From a virus (taxonomy: Duplodnaviria > Caudoviricetes): DNA of 64,000 nt. The stretch lies in IMG/VR virus record IMGVR_UViG_3300027759_000001; one strand, written 5' to 3'. The translations under genes and the position numbers were made by a program. Each line of letters starts with the position of its first letter. Position 1 is the stretch's first letter. Of this stretch, positions 28,556 through 40,200 are shown piece by piece. The notes under the pieces were generated by a model, which did no database searches, was not told the DNA's origin, and was given only the letters and a program-made list of their open reading frames with translations.

Positions 28556-29026
28556 TTAAATTATTTTTTTCATTATGTCGTTTATCCTTTTTAGGGCTTC
28601 TGTTATTTTTATATCATCATTAGTAGAACTATGTTCTTTTGATGGTCTATTCATATCTGCCAACCAACCCATATCATCAACTAAATCTTGATTAACGTCA
28701 GATGGCATATAATCTCTATGTATCTCAGTATTTTGTTCATCACCTTTTCTTAATTGAGCGATTGTGTCATTAGTCCAATTTTTTACGTATTCACCACCAT
28801 TTAATATAAAAGGTGCGTCAGTACCATCACCATCATAATTATCAAACCAATTTTTCATTCTACCTAATTGTTGGTAAGAAACATGACCTTTATCACGTAA
28901 ATCAATATTACGTTTATGACCTTCAATTGAGGGATCTGAATTTGGTATATAATCAAAACACTTACCTAAGTATTCGGTAATTTCTTTCGGTAATGAAATC
29001 AATTTACCATATAAATTTTTATTCAC
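28556..29026 (-). CDS. hypothetical protein
   Basis: 156 aa, coupled in operon. Confidence 0.75.
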   Translation of the reverse strand: MNKNLYGKLISLPKEITEYLGKCFDYIPNSDPSIEGHKRNIDLRDKGHVSYQQLGRMKNWFDNYDGDGTDAPFILNGGEYVKNWTNDTIAQLRKGDEQNTEIHRDYMPSDVNQDLVDDMGWLADMNRPSKEHSSTNDDIKITEALKRINDIMKKII

Positions 29027-30170
29027 CTTCTTTTAAATGTTTGATTAATTTATTAATACTAATGCCTTCTTTGTCTGCAATTTTTTTAATAGATTCAATA
29101 TTTCTTATTAATATTTTACTAACGGGAGAATCTTCAGAGTCATCTTTAGGTACTACATCGTTAGATTTTTTCCTTTTCTTTACTAATATTTCATCAATAA
29201 GATCTGTCATTTTTTGTTTTTCTAATTCAGACAATCTTCTTTTAGTAAAACAATTTCTACACAGTCCTCTTTTCTTTTCGTTCTTAAGTTGTTTATCTAA
29301 GTTTCTGTCAAAACCTAAACGTTTAACTCTTTCTTCACGCTCCATGTCATCCTCAACACCTAACTCATCTTTGAAAATTTCATCTGCCTCATCATATGTT
29401 GAAACATCTTCAGTTTCTTCAAATCCAAATGATTCAGATTGGTCAACCTCATCAAGTAAGTTTTTAATATTATTTTCTATAGATTCACCCCAATAACGTT
29501 TATAGTATGGCCATTGATTTGCTCTTGCCATTTTAACGGTTTGGTCTAATGTTTTGTGTGGGTGCATTTGTTGGTCTAACATTGGGATATTTGATCCTAA
29601 TAATGTACCATCGGCATCAACAAATTCTGCCAACTCAGCCTCACCCTCAATTTCTTTTTCTTTATATTTTTCAGGAATTTTACTATTCATTTTAATTCCT
29701 AATTTTTTCCCAAACTCAATAATAAATGGTGTTGCTAATGTTGAACCTGGTAATAGTTGTAAAACAATTAATGGTATTAACTTGGCAATATCACCGGATT
29801 GGTCTTTAATAAAATCTTTTTCTTCTTTTGATAACTCAAAATCTTTATCTTTTAAATATTGTTTTGCCGAAGACAAAATAATTTTAATTAGTAATTTTGT
29901 TTCCTTAAATTCTTTAGTAATACCCTCCTTATATTTCTTCAAACGACCTGTAATTTCACCAGTACTCATTTTTTTACCTTCAGATAGTATTACACTAATA
30001 AAAGTTTTAATATTTTTTTCTTCTGATTTATCAAAATCCATTCTACTATCTATTTGTTTAGCTTCGTTTAAATTTTCCGAAACTGAATAATATAAGGACA
30101 TTTTATCTCCTTTATCTTTCAGAAAGAAATAGTACGGTTTTTTGAAATATTCTGTATTAAAGTTAATCAT
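29019..30170 (-). CDS. hypothetical protein with LETM1-like segment
   Basis: Start revised to MINFNT; LSKEEK.FIKDQSGDIAKLIP..LQLLPG....P resembles the LETM1 helical hairpin. Confidence 0.6.
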   Translation of the reverse strand: MINFNTEYFKKPYYFFLKDKGDKMSLYYSVSENLNEAKQIDSRMDFDKSEEKNIKTFISVILSEGKKMSTGEITGRLKKYKEGITKEFKETKLLIKIILSSAKQYLKDKDFELSKEEKDFIKDQSGDIAKLIPLIVLQLLPGSTLATPFIIEFGKKLGIKMNSKIPEKYKEKEIEGEAELAEFVDADGTLLGSNIPMLDQQMHPHKTLDQTVKMARANQWPYYKRYWGESIENNIKNLLDEVDQSESFGFEETEDVSTYDEADEIFKDELGVEDDMEREERVKRLGFDRNLDKQLKNEKKRGLCRNCFTKRRLSELEKQKMTDLIDEILVKKRKKSNDVVPKDDSEDSPVSKILIRNIESIKKIADKEGISINKLIKHLKEGE

Positions 30171-30185
30171 AAAAACTTTTTTTAA

Positions 30186-30193
30186 TATAAATA
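30186..30193 (-). promoter_or_regulatory. putative late promoter TATTTATA (leftward, divergent pair)
   Basis: 15 nt upstream of ATG 30170. Confidence 0.65.
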
Positions 30194-30206
30194 CTTTCAT
30201 TTATGG

Positions 30207-30214
30207 TATTTATT
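30207..30214 (+). promoter_or_regulatory. putative late promoter TATTTATT (rightward, divergent pair)
   Basis: 10 nt upstream of ATG 30225. Confidence 0.65.
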
Positions 30215-30224
30215 AATAAAAAGA

Positions 30225-33200
30225 ATGGCGGAACAAAATATTAATCAATATGTTTATAAGAAGTACAGGATAAATCTTGAGTCTGATAGTATGGATATGT
30301 CTTTGACTTCGGATGAAAGAGATTATAATCAAGAGGTTATTTTTTCTCCGTTTTTAATTGCTCAAACATATGGAGATCGTTTACCAATTAATTTTAATAT
30401 TAGTGACCCGTTAAGTGCTCAAGATTTAACATTAACATATAAAAATTATAACACTAATAATGTTTTTGTATCACAAAACTACTATAACCCAAAAAATTTA
30501 GATTTAACTTGTTTTTCCTCATCAACGGCTTGTGATATTGGTTTAACTGGTATTGATAATGGGTTGGTAACAAAAATGTCAGGAGAAACAATTTATTTTA
30601 CAAATGGTTTATATGATGATAGTTTAAAATTTGATAGATTACATTTTGATAGAAGATTAAAAATGTTTCAAGTTACCGGTTATACTGAAACTAATCATAG
30701 GTTTTCGGGAATACCAAAAACAACTTTATATGAGGTTGTTAGTAAAACAGATCCGACTTTTGGAAAGTATCACGAATTATATGGTGGTTTTTATCAAGGA
30801 TTCTACAAACTATTTGGATATGATTATGACATTTTCCCTGAGAGAATGAATAAAGGTTGGTCAGTTGAAATGGTTATTAAACCTAGATTAGTTGATCAAT
30901 ATTTTCCTGATCCTGACGAGACAACATTAAATGAAATATATCCCGATAATAAAAATACATTTTTTTATTTTGGTACAAGAGCTGAAAATAAATTTTACCA
31001 TCATGCAGATGGTTCACCAAATTGTTTTACAGGATACACAAGAGTAACATCTGGTTTAACAAAAGTTGAAACTTGTGCTTGTTGTAATACATACACAGAT
31101 AATAGTAGATGTATTTACGTTTACCCACCAAGATCTGTTGATAATAAACATGATAACCATTTAAATTATGGTTGTAATTTATGTGGTGGAGATAAAGATA
31201 AAAAATTAACTTGTGGTTGTAATTGTGGTGAAGACGCTTGTGATATATGTGGGTGGGAATGTCAGACACATATTTGTCCTACAATTTTTGTTACACCAAC
31301 TCCAACACCAACACCAACGGTAGAACAGGGTTGTTATTGTGCACCTACACCAACACCATCATTTACTCCAACTAAAACTGCTGAAAATTGTTTATTACCA
31401 CCTGTATGTACACCAAGTTGTGCGGGTTGTGAAACTTGTTATGATTGTCTTGATTGTTCAACAACAGGATATACTTCAATAGAAGACACTTGTGAAAAAG
31501 ATCCTTTATTTGATTCTTTATCAAATGCATTCTCATTAAAATTATGTGGAGATCCAAAAAATCCAAAGATTGGTGTTAAAGTATTAAAAATTACAGGTGA
31601 TTGCCAAACATCAGGAACTTGTATTACCGGTCAAACTTATGTGACGGGTTATACTATATCCGAATATTGTTCACCAAATGGTATATACGATTATTGTGTT
31701 GACAAATGTGCCCCATTCTTTGATGTGGAGAAATGGGTTAATATTAATGTTGTATGGAATAGGTATACGTATTTAGATACTTGTGATTTAAAATATAGAG
31801 GTGGGTTAGATGATATCACTAAACGTGAATATCTTGACTCACTTGCAAATGATACAACAAAATTAATTACCGTTCCTATTACTAATGGTAAAAAGGAACC
31901 TGAAATGGTTGAACTTGTTAATCTAAATCAAAAATGGTTGGATGACAAAAAATATAGAATGGGTAGATTAAGAATCTATGTTAATGGTAAACCATTTTAC
32001 ACTATTGAAGACTTTGAAGAAATTATTCCAAGAGCACTTAATACAGATAAAGAAAGACAACTTGGAGTTCCATTCAACATTTCGTGGGGTGGGGGTACTC
32101 AAGGACTACATGAGAACTTAACTTTCTCATCAACAACTTATCCTTATAACAATTACATTCAGGATCCTGAATTATTCCCTGAGAATATTCTTAGTGGAAC
32201 AACATTTGCGGGAATGAAAACAAATATTTTATTGGAACAAAATTTTGGTGGAACATTTGAGGGTGGTATATCTCAATTTAGAATGTATGTGACACCATTA
32301 TCATCGGCTGAGGTTAAACATAATTTTAATATATTGAAAGGTACTTTTGATATGTTTGATTACGATTGTCCTGATTGTGATGTATTAGTTTGTGATGTAA
32401 ATGATTTCACATATGAAATTGAAACAACAACTACAACTCATCCATTAATAACAACAACTACAACTCATCCATTAATAACAACAACCACCACGACAAATTT
32501 AACAACAACAACTACAACACAAAATATTAATTGTCCTTATGTTTTTTTTATGAAACAAGGGAATAATTTGTGTTCTAATATTTATCAATATGACCCAATA
32601 AATAATTTAGAAACTAATGTTACAGTTCCAAATTGTAGTACATACGGAGCCCCAACCGGGATAGCCAACACAAATACAAAATTATGGACAATTGATGGAA
32701 ATACAAATAATATTACAGAATGGGATATTATAATGTCACCATTTAGTTCCAATTATGTTAAAACTATTACAACCTCAAACCCATTTGATTTTAGAACTAG
32801 ATTTATATCTGCATATAGAGACCCTATAAGTGGTTTAGTTGACCCTAATTTTTTAATATCTTCGTCATCTTCAACTATTGTCCCACAATTAACTGAAATT
32901 ATAAAAATTAATATTAGCGGTTTAAGTTGGACTAAAATTACTTTATTTAATTGGCCATCATCAATATATGATAATAGGATTATTAAAAAATTGATGATGA
33001 CAACAACTAATAAAATAATAATTTTAAATTATGATAGTCTTACTAGTGACCAATTTATAACCCAATTAGAGTATGTTGGGGGTATTTGGAGTTTAATGTT
33101 AGATGTTAATATTACAGTCTCAAGTGTAACATATGACACAATTTATCAAAATTCTTCATCTAATTATTTATTATCAGATAATATTCCTGCGGATGTTTAC

Positions 33201-33368
33201 AGTATTAACAATTCTTTTTCTAAAACTTTTATAGACCAATTAAATATATCTGGTGTGTATTTTTCATCTCAAGACCCAAATTGCGTTAATAATGAATTTA
33301 TTAATGGACCATTAGTTACACCAACTCCAACTCATCCATTAATAACAACAACTACAACAATAATATGA
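30225..33368 (+). CDS. large putative virion protein: LamG/ConA-like fold with Cys-rich insert, Thr linker and appended domain
   Basis: [20 protein letters not shown] LamG terminal strand; many CxxC; poly-Thr linkers. Confidence 0.7.
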   Translation: MAEQNINQYVYKKYRINLESDSMDMSLTSDERDYNQEVIFSPFLIAQTYGDRLPINFNISDPLSAQDLTLTYKNYNTNNVFVSQNYYNPKNLDLTCFSSSTACDIGLTGIDNGLVTKMSGETIYFTNGLYDDSLKFDRLHFDRRLKMFQVTGYTETNHRFSGIPKTTLYEVVSKTDPTFGKYHELYGGFYQGFYKLFGYDYDIFPERMNKGWSVEMVIKPRLVDQYFPDPDETTLNEIYPDNKNTFFYFGTRAENKFYHHADGSPNCFTGYTRVTSGLTKVETCACCNTYTDNSRCIYVYPPRSVDNKHDNHLNYGCNLCGGDKDKKLTCGCNCGEDACDICGWECQTHICPTIFVTPTPTPTPTVEQGCYCAPTPTPSFTPTKTAENCLLPPVCTPSCAGCETCYDCLDCSTTGYTSIEDTCEKDPLFDSLSNAFSLKLCGDPKNPKIGVKVLKITGDCQTSGTCITGQTYVTGYTISEYCSPNGIYDYCVDKCAPFFDVEKWVNINVVWNRYTYLDTCDLKYRGGLDDITKREYLDSLANDTTKLITVPITNGKKEPEMVELVNLNQKWLDDKKYRMGRLRIYVNGKPFYTIEDFEEIIPRALNTDKERQLGVPFNISWGGGTQGLHENLTFSSTTYPYNNYIQDPELFPENILSGTTFAGMKTNILLEQNFGGTFEGGISQFRMYVTPLSSAEVKHNFNILKGTFDMFDYDCPDCDVLVCDVNDFTYEIETTTTTHPLITTTTTHPLITTTTTTNLTTTTTTQNINCPYVFFMKQGNNLCSNIYQYDPINNLETNVTVPNCSTYGAPTGIANTNTKLWTIDGNTNNITEWDIIMSPFSSNYVKTITTSNPFDFRTRFISAYRDPISGLVDPNFLISSSSSTIVPQLTEIIKINISGLSWTKITLFNWPSSIYDNRIIKKLMMTTTNKIIILNYDSLTSDQFITQLEYVGGIWSLMLDVNITVSSVTYDTIYQNSSSNYLLSDNIPADVYSINNSFSKTFIDQLNISGVYFSSQDPNCVNNEFINGPLVTPTPTHPLITTTTTII
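32434..33358 (+). repeat. 31-bp exact direct repeats (32434-32464, 33328-33358) flanking the C-terminal domain
   Basis: caactcatccattaataacaacaactacaac occurs at both ends, 894 nt apart. Confidence 0.9.
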
Positions 33369-33865
33369 GTAATTCAATAATTATAAAAAGTATAAATTAC
33401 GATGGTGAGGTTGCAAATATAATATTTAAACCTGACAATGATAATGTTGTAATTAATTTAGGTGATGTAACTTTACCTTGTACATTTAACCCTTCGTTGT
33501 TAATACCACCAAGAGAAATATATGGTACTTATACTATATTAGTATTAAACGATCAATGTCTTAATAGTGATTGTCCTTACATATTAAATGTTGTTAGACC
33601 AACTCCTACTCCAACTCCTACACCAACATTAACGTCAACTCCAACTAACACACCAACACCAACACCTACACCAACAGAAACAAAATATGTTTGTGTACCA
33701 ACACCAACAATCACGGTAACACAAACAATGACTTCAACACCAACGGCAACACCTCATCCGACGTGTACAAATCCGTGTGGTTGTCCATCACCAAGTAGAA
33801 CTCCTAAACCAACAAGGACACCAACACAAACTGCGACAAATGGGTATTGTCCAATACTACCGTAG
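33365..33865 (+). CDS. Pro-Thr-rich putative virion protein
   Basis: N-terminal beta domain followed by PTPTPT tract with Cys. Confidence 0.8.
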   Translation: MSNSIIIKSINYDGEVANIIFKPDNDNVVINLGDVTLPCTFNPSLLIPPREIYGTYTILVLNDQCLNSDCPYILNVVRPTPTPTPTPTLTSTPTNTPTPTPTPTETKYVCVPTPTITVTQTMTSTPTATPHPTCTNPCGCPSPSRTPKPTRTPTQTATNGYCPILP

Positions 33866-33886
33866 TTTGTTTTTTTATTATCAAAC

Positions 33887-33894
33887 TATTTATG
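33887..33894 (+). promoter_or_regulatory. late motif variant TATTTATG
   Basis: 4 nt upstream of ATG 33899. Confidence 0.45.
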
Positions 33895-33898
33895 GGAT

Positions 33899-34204
33899 AT
33901 GTTAATATTACAAATTGATGGTATAACAGGGGCTACCGCACCTTACAATTTATATGTCTGTGATGTCTATGGTAATCAATGTGCGGTTTTGGCAACAATA
34001 AATACTCCGATCCCACCATCAATAACATTAAACGTACCATCTCAATTTAATAATGTTCCAGCAATTGGTCTTAAAATCATTGATGTAAATGGTTGTGAAC
34101 AATTTGGAATCATCTATTGTGGAGATGTCAAGGGTAAAATATTCCAATCATCAGAGGTATTCTTATTCCAAGATGCAAATATTTATATTTTTGAGGACCA
34201 ATAA
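33899..34204 (+). CDS. small Cys-containing virion domain protein (paralog of N-terminus of 59337..61502)
   Basis: PYNLYVCD...C...KIID..GC motif shared. Confidence 0.75.
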   Translation: MLILQIDGITGATAPYNLYVCDVYGNQCAVLATINTPIPPSITLNVPSQFNNVPAIGLKIIDVNGCEQFGIIYCGDVKGKIFQSSEVFLFQDANIYIFEDQ

Positions 34205-34216
34205 TAACATTTTTAA

Positions 34217-34224
34217 TATTTATA
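34217..34224 (+). promoter_or_regulatory. putative late promoter TATTTATA
   Basis: 11 nt upstream of ATG 34236. Confidence 0.65.
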
Positions 34225-34235
34225 AGTAAAAGGGG

Positions 34236-37200
34236 ATGCCGAATTATCAAAGACTTACGGATAGAGTATTAGCACCAAGTGTGTCTATAAATGATATTTT
34301 ACATATTGTTATTACAGGTGACACATCTCAAAACCCTGCTGGTTCATCTTATAAAGCCACATTAGAACAAGTTGCTTCAGTTATTGGTAGTGTTGGTACA
34401 TCAGGAACAAACGGTACAGATGGTACTTCAGGAACAAGCGGAGTGAATGGAACTTCAGGAACTAACGGATCAAGCGGAGCGAATGGAACTTCAGGAACTA
34501 ACGGTACTTCAGGAACTTCAGGAACTTCAGGGACGAGCGGAACTAACGGAACAAATGGAACGAATGGTACTAACGGAACTAATGGTACTTCAGGAACAAG
34601 CGGAGCAAACGGAACTTCAGGGACTAATGGAACAAGCGGAGCAAACGGAACTTCAGGAACTAATGGTACTAGTGGAACAAACGGAACGTCAGGAACTAAC
34701 GGAACAGATGGGTCTTCAGGTACAAATGGTACAAACGGAACGGATGGTACAAACGGAACTAATGGTACAAACGGAACGGATGGTACAGACGGAACAAGTG
34801 GTACTAATGGGTCTTCAGGGACTAACGGAACAAGTGGTACTAATGGGTCTTCAGGGACTAACGGAACAAGTGGTATATCGGGAGTAAATGGAACATCAGG
34901 TACAAACGGAACTTCAGGAACTAATGGTACAGATGGAACTTCAGGAACAAACGGAACAGACGGAACTTCAGGTACAAATGGAACAGATGGTACTTCAGGA
35001 ACAAACGGGACAGACGGAACTAGCGGAACAAATGGTACGGACGGTACTAACGGAACTAATGGTACGGACGGAACTTCAGGAACTAATGGTACGGACGGAA
35101 CTAACGGAACTAATGGTACGGACGGAACTTCAGGAACAAACGGGACAGATGGTACTTCAGGTACAAATGGTACAGACGGAACTAATGGAACAGATGGTAC
35201 TTCAGGAACTAATGGTACAGACGGAACTTCAGGTACAAATGGAACGGACGGAACTTCAGGTACAAACGGAACTGATGGAAGTAGTGGAACAAACGGAACA
35301 GACGGTACTTCAGGAACAAACGGAACAGACGGTACTTCAGGAACTAACGGAACAGATGGAAGTAGTGGTACAAACGGAACAGACGGTACTTCAGGAACAA
35401 ACGGAACAGACGGTACTTCAGGAACTAACGGAACTGATGGTACTTCGGGAACAAATGGTACTAGTGGAACAAATGGTACGAATGGTACATCAGGTACAAA
35501 TGGTACTTCAGGAACTAATGGTACTAATGGTACTAATGGAACTAACGGAACATCAGGTACCAATGGTACAAGTGGAACTAACGGAACGTCAGGAACAAAT
35601 GGCACAAACGGGACTTCAGGAACTAACGGTACTAATGGTACATCAGGAACAAATGGCACATCGGGAACAAACGGAACATCAGGAACTAACGGAACTGATG
35701 GTACTTCAGGAACTAACGGAACTGATGGGACTTCAGGAACTAACGGAACAGATGGAAGTAGTGGTACAAATGGAACGGATGGAAGTAGTGGTACAAATGG
35801 AACGGATGGGACTTCAGGAACAAATGGTACAGACGGCACTTCAGGAACAAATGGTACTGACGGAACTTCAGGGACAAATGGAACCAACGGTACGGACGGA
35901 ACTAATGGAACAGATGGTACTAGCGGAACAAATGGTACAGATGGAACAAACGGTACGGATGGGACTAGTGGCACAAATGGAACTGATGGTACTTCAGGCA
36001 CAAACGGAACAGACGGCACTTCAGGGACAAATGGTACAAATGGAACTGATGGTACTTCAGGTACAAACGGAACAGACGGCACTTCAGGGACAAATGGTAC
36101 AAATGGAACTGATGGGTCAAGCGGTACAAATGGAACTGATGGATCAAGCGGTACTAATGGAACTGATGGATCAAGTGGTACTAACGGCACTTCAGGAACT
36201 GACGGTACGGATGGGACTAGTGGAACAAATGGTACGGATGGAACTAGTGGAACAAATGGAACTGATGGTTCAAGTGGGACTAATGGAACGGATGGAAGTA
36301 GCGGAACAAATGGTACTGATGGTTCAAGTGGGACTAATGGAACGGATGGAAGTAGCGGAACAAATGGTACTGATGGTACTAGCGGAACAAATGGTACTAA
36401 CGGAACAGATGGAACTAGCGGAACAAATGGTACAGACGGAACTAATGGAACTAATGGTACAGACGGAACTAATGGAACAGATGGAAGTTCTGGAACAAAT
36501 GGAACGGATGGTACTTCAGGCACTAATGGAACGGATGGTACTTCAGGGACAAACGGAACAGATGGTACTTCAGGTACTAATGGAACAGATGGTACTTCAG
36601 GTACTAACGGAACGGATGGTACTTCAGGGACAAACGGAACAGATGGTACTAATGGAACGGATGGTACTAGCGGAACAAACGGAACAGATGGGACTTCAGG
36701 GACTAACGGTACTAATGGAACAAATGGTACTGACGGATCAAGTGGTACTAACGGAACAGATGGTACTTCGGGGACAAATGGAACAGATGGTACTAACGGA
36801 ACGGATGGTACTTCAGGGACAAACGGAACAGATGGTACTTCGGGGACAAATGGAACAGATGGTACTTCAGGGACAAACGGAACAGATGGTACTTCGGGGA
36901 CATCACCCTTAATTTGTACTCCATTCTTATCGGGAGATTATTATTTTCAATCGGTAGGCTCAATATACAACGGACCTTCATATCCAAATATGGCATGGGG
37001 TCCTGGTCAAACATTAAGTGTATACGCACCTGAAGGTGTTATAGAATATATGTTAATTACAGGTTATACCGCATCAACAGGTGCGATATCTGCGGTTATC
37101 ACATATTGTTCAAATGTTAATTACAAAACAACATCGGGTGTTAATCTTTGTCTTGTAGGTGAACAAGGAACATCTGGCACAAATGGTACTTCAGGGACAA

Positions 37201-40200
37201 ACGGAACAGATGGTACTAATGGAACTTCAGGGACTAACGGTACTGATGGTACGAATGGTACAGATGGTACAGATGGTACAGATGGTACTAGTGGTACAAA
37301 CGGTACGGATGGAACTAATGGTACCGATGGTACTAGCGGTACTAATGGAACAGATGGTACTAATGGTACTAGCGGTACTAATGGAACAGACGGAACTTCA
37401 GGTACTAATGGAACGGATGGTAGTTCAGGTACTAATGGTACAGATGGTAGTTCAGGTACTAATGGGACAAACGGTACAGACGGTACTTCAGGAACTAACG
37501 GTACAGATGGAACGTCAGGAACAAATGGTACAGACGGTTCAAACGGAACGGATGGTACTAGCGGAACAAATGGTACAGATGGAACAAGTGGGATATCTGG
37601 AGTAAATGGTACAAGTGGAACAAATGGTACTAACGGAACATCAGGAACTAACGGAACGGATGGTACTTCAGGAACAAACGGTACGGACGGAACCTCAGGA
37701 ACTAATGGTACAGATGGAACTTCGGGGACTAATGGTACAGACGGTACTTCAGGTACTAATGGAACTGACGGATCTTCAGGGACTAATGGAACAGATGGAA
37801 CATCAGGTACAAACGGAACAAATGGTACAAATGGAACAGATGGTTCAAGCGGAACTAATGGTACGGACGGAACTAATGGTACAAATGGAACAGATGGTTC
37901 AAGCGGAACGAATGGTACTGACGGAACAAATGGTACTGACGGAACCTCAGGTACAAACGGTACGGATGGAACTTCGGGTACTAATGGTACAGATGGTACA
38001 AACGGAACAGATGGTTCAAGCGGAACTAATGGTACGGACGGAACTAATGGTACAGATGGTACTAGCGGTACAAATGGTACTGATGGATCAAACGGTACGG
38101 ATGGAACTTCAGGTACTAATGGAACTGACGGAACAAGTGGTACTAATGGAACTTCGGGGACTAATGGAACAAGTGGTATATCGGGGGTAAATGGAACTTC
38201 AGGAACAAATGGTACTTCAGGTACAAATGGTACCAACGGAACAAATGGTACTTCAGGGACAAATGGTACTAACGGGACTTCAGGTACAAATGGTTCTTCA
38301 GGAACTAGCGGTGTTAATGGTATTTCAGGTGGAGCTGTTTATTTCTTTAACGAATCAGTAACACAAACACCATACAAAGAATTTTCACCTATACCGACAT
38401 CAGGGTCACAACAAACAGTTACGGTTACTATTGCGAATGGTGTAACATCAACTATTCAATCATATTTAACACCCTCAACTTATCCGAATGTATCAACCAT
38501 ACCTGCGGGAATTTGGTCTTTCTTCTTACACGCGTATAAAGAAAATAATAACGCATCTTTTGATATTTTTTGTGAAGTTTATTCAAGAACAACAGGTGGA
38601 ACGGAAACTTTATTATTTTCAACAGACCCAGCACCTGTAACAACAAATTCACCAAATCCATCAATGGTATTATCTGATGGATTTCAAGGAGGATTTTCAA
38701 TCAATACAACAGATAGGATATTAGTTAAAGTTCGAGCTACAAATACCTCAAATCAATCACATACAATTACTTTCGTAACCGAAGGTACAACTCATTATTC
38801 ATATGGTCAAACTACGTTAGGTGTAATTAATGGAACTAGCGGTACGAATGGAACCTCAGGTACAAATGGTACGAGCGGAACTAATGGTACTAACGGAACA
38901 TCAGGTACCAACGGAACATCTGGTACTAATGGTACAAACGGAACTAGCGGTACGAATGGTACATCAGGTACGAATGGTACCAACGGAACTAGCGGTACGA
39001 ATGGGACTTCAGGTACGAATGGAACAAATGGTACTTCAGGGACAAATGGTACTAACGGGACTTCAGGAACAAATGGATCAAGTGGAACTAATGGAACTTC
39101 GGGCACTAATGGAACATCGGGAACAAACGGTACGAATGGAACATCAGGTACGAACGGAACAAATGGAACGTCAGGAACAAATGGTACTTCAGGTACAAAT
39201 GGTACCAACGGAACAAACGGTACTTCAGGAACTAATGGTACGGACGGTACTTCAGGAACGAATGGTACTGATGGAACAAATGGTACTAGTGGAACGAATG
39301 GTACTAGTGGAACGAACGGAACCAATGGAACAAACGGTACTAGCGGAACTAACGGTACAAACGGAACTAACGGTACAAACGGAACTAATGGTACAGACGG
39401 AACTAGCGGTACAAATGGAACTAATGGAACTAATGGAACAAACGGAACTTCGGGAACTAATGGAACATCAGGAACTAATGGAACTAATGGAACTAATGGA
39501 ACGTCGGGAACAAATGGTACGAATGGAACTAGCGGTACTAACGGTACATCGGGTACAAATGGAACTAACGGAACATCAGGTACAAATGGTACTAACGGAA
39601 CATCAGGTACTAACGGAACATCAGGTACAAATGGAACCAACGGAACGTCAGGAACAAATGGAACCAACGGTACTAGCGGAACTAACGGGACTAATGGAAC
39701 ATCAGGAACAAACGGAACATCAGGTACAAATGGTACTAGTGGTGTAAGTGGAGCGTCTGGTACTTCAGGAACAAACGGAACAAATGGTACAAACGGAACC
39801 TCAGGAACTAACGGAACAAATGGAACTTCAGGAACAAATGGCACAAACGGAACCTCAGGAACTAACGGAACAAATGGAACTTCAGGAACTAACGGAACTA
39901 ACGGTACAAATGGAACTTCAGGTACAAATGGAACTTCAGGTACGAATGGGACATCAGGAACCAATGGAACCAACGGTACAAACGGAACCTCAGGAACTAA
40001 CGGTACTAATGGATCAAGCGGTACCAACGGGACATCAGGTACGAATGGAACTAATGGGACATCAGGTACGAATGGAACTAATGGGACATCAGGTACGAAT
40101 GGAACTAATGGGACAAACGGAACGTCAGGGACTAATGGTACCAATGGAACTTCAGGTACTAATGGAACAAACGGAACATCAGGAACAAATGGTACCAACG

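Noticed and set aside
742-31566. Short overlapping or antisense ORFs in the track (e.g. 742..978, 1467..1682, 3805..4110, 9285..9641, 10542..11447, 28993..30090 plus strand)
   Set aside because: They lie within or opposite well-supported genes and have no motifs or upstream signals.
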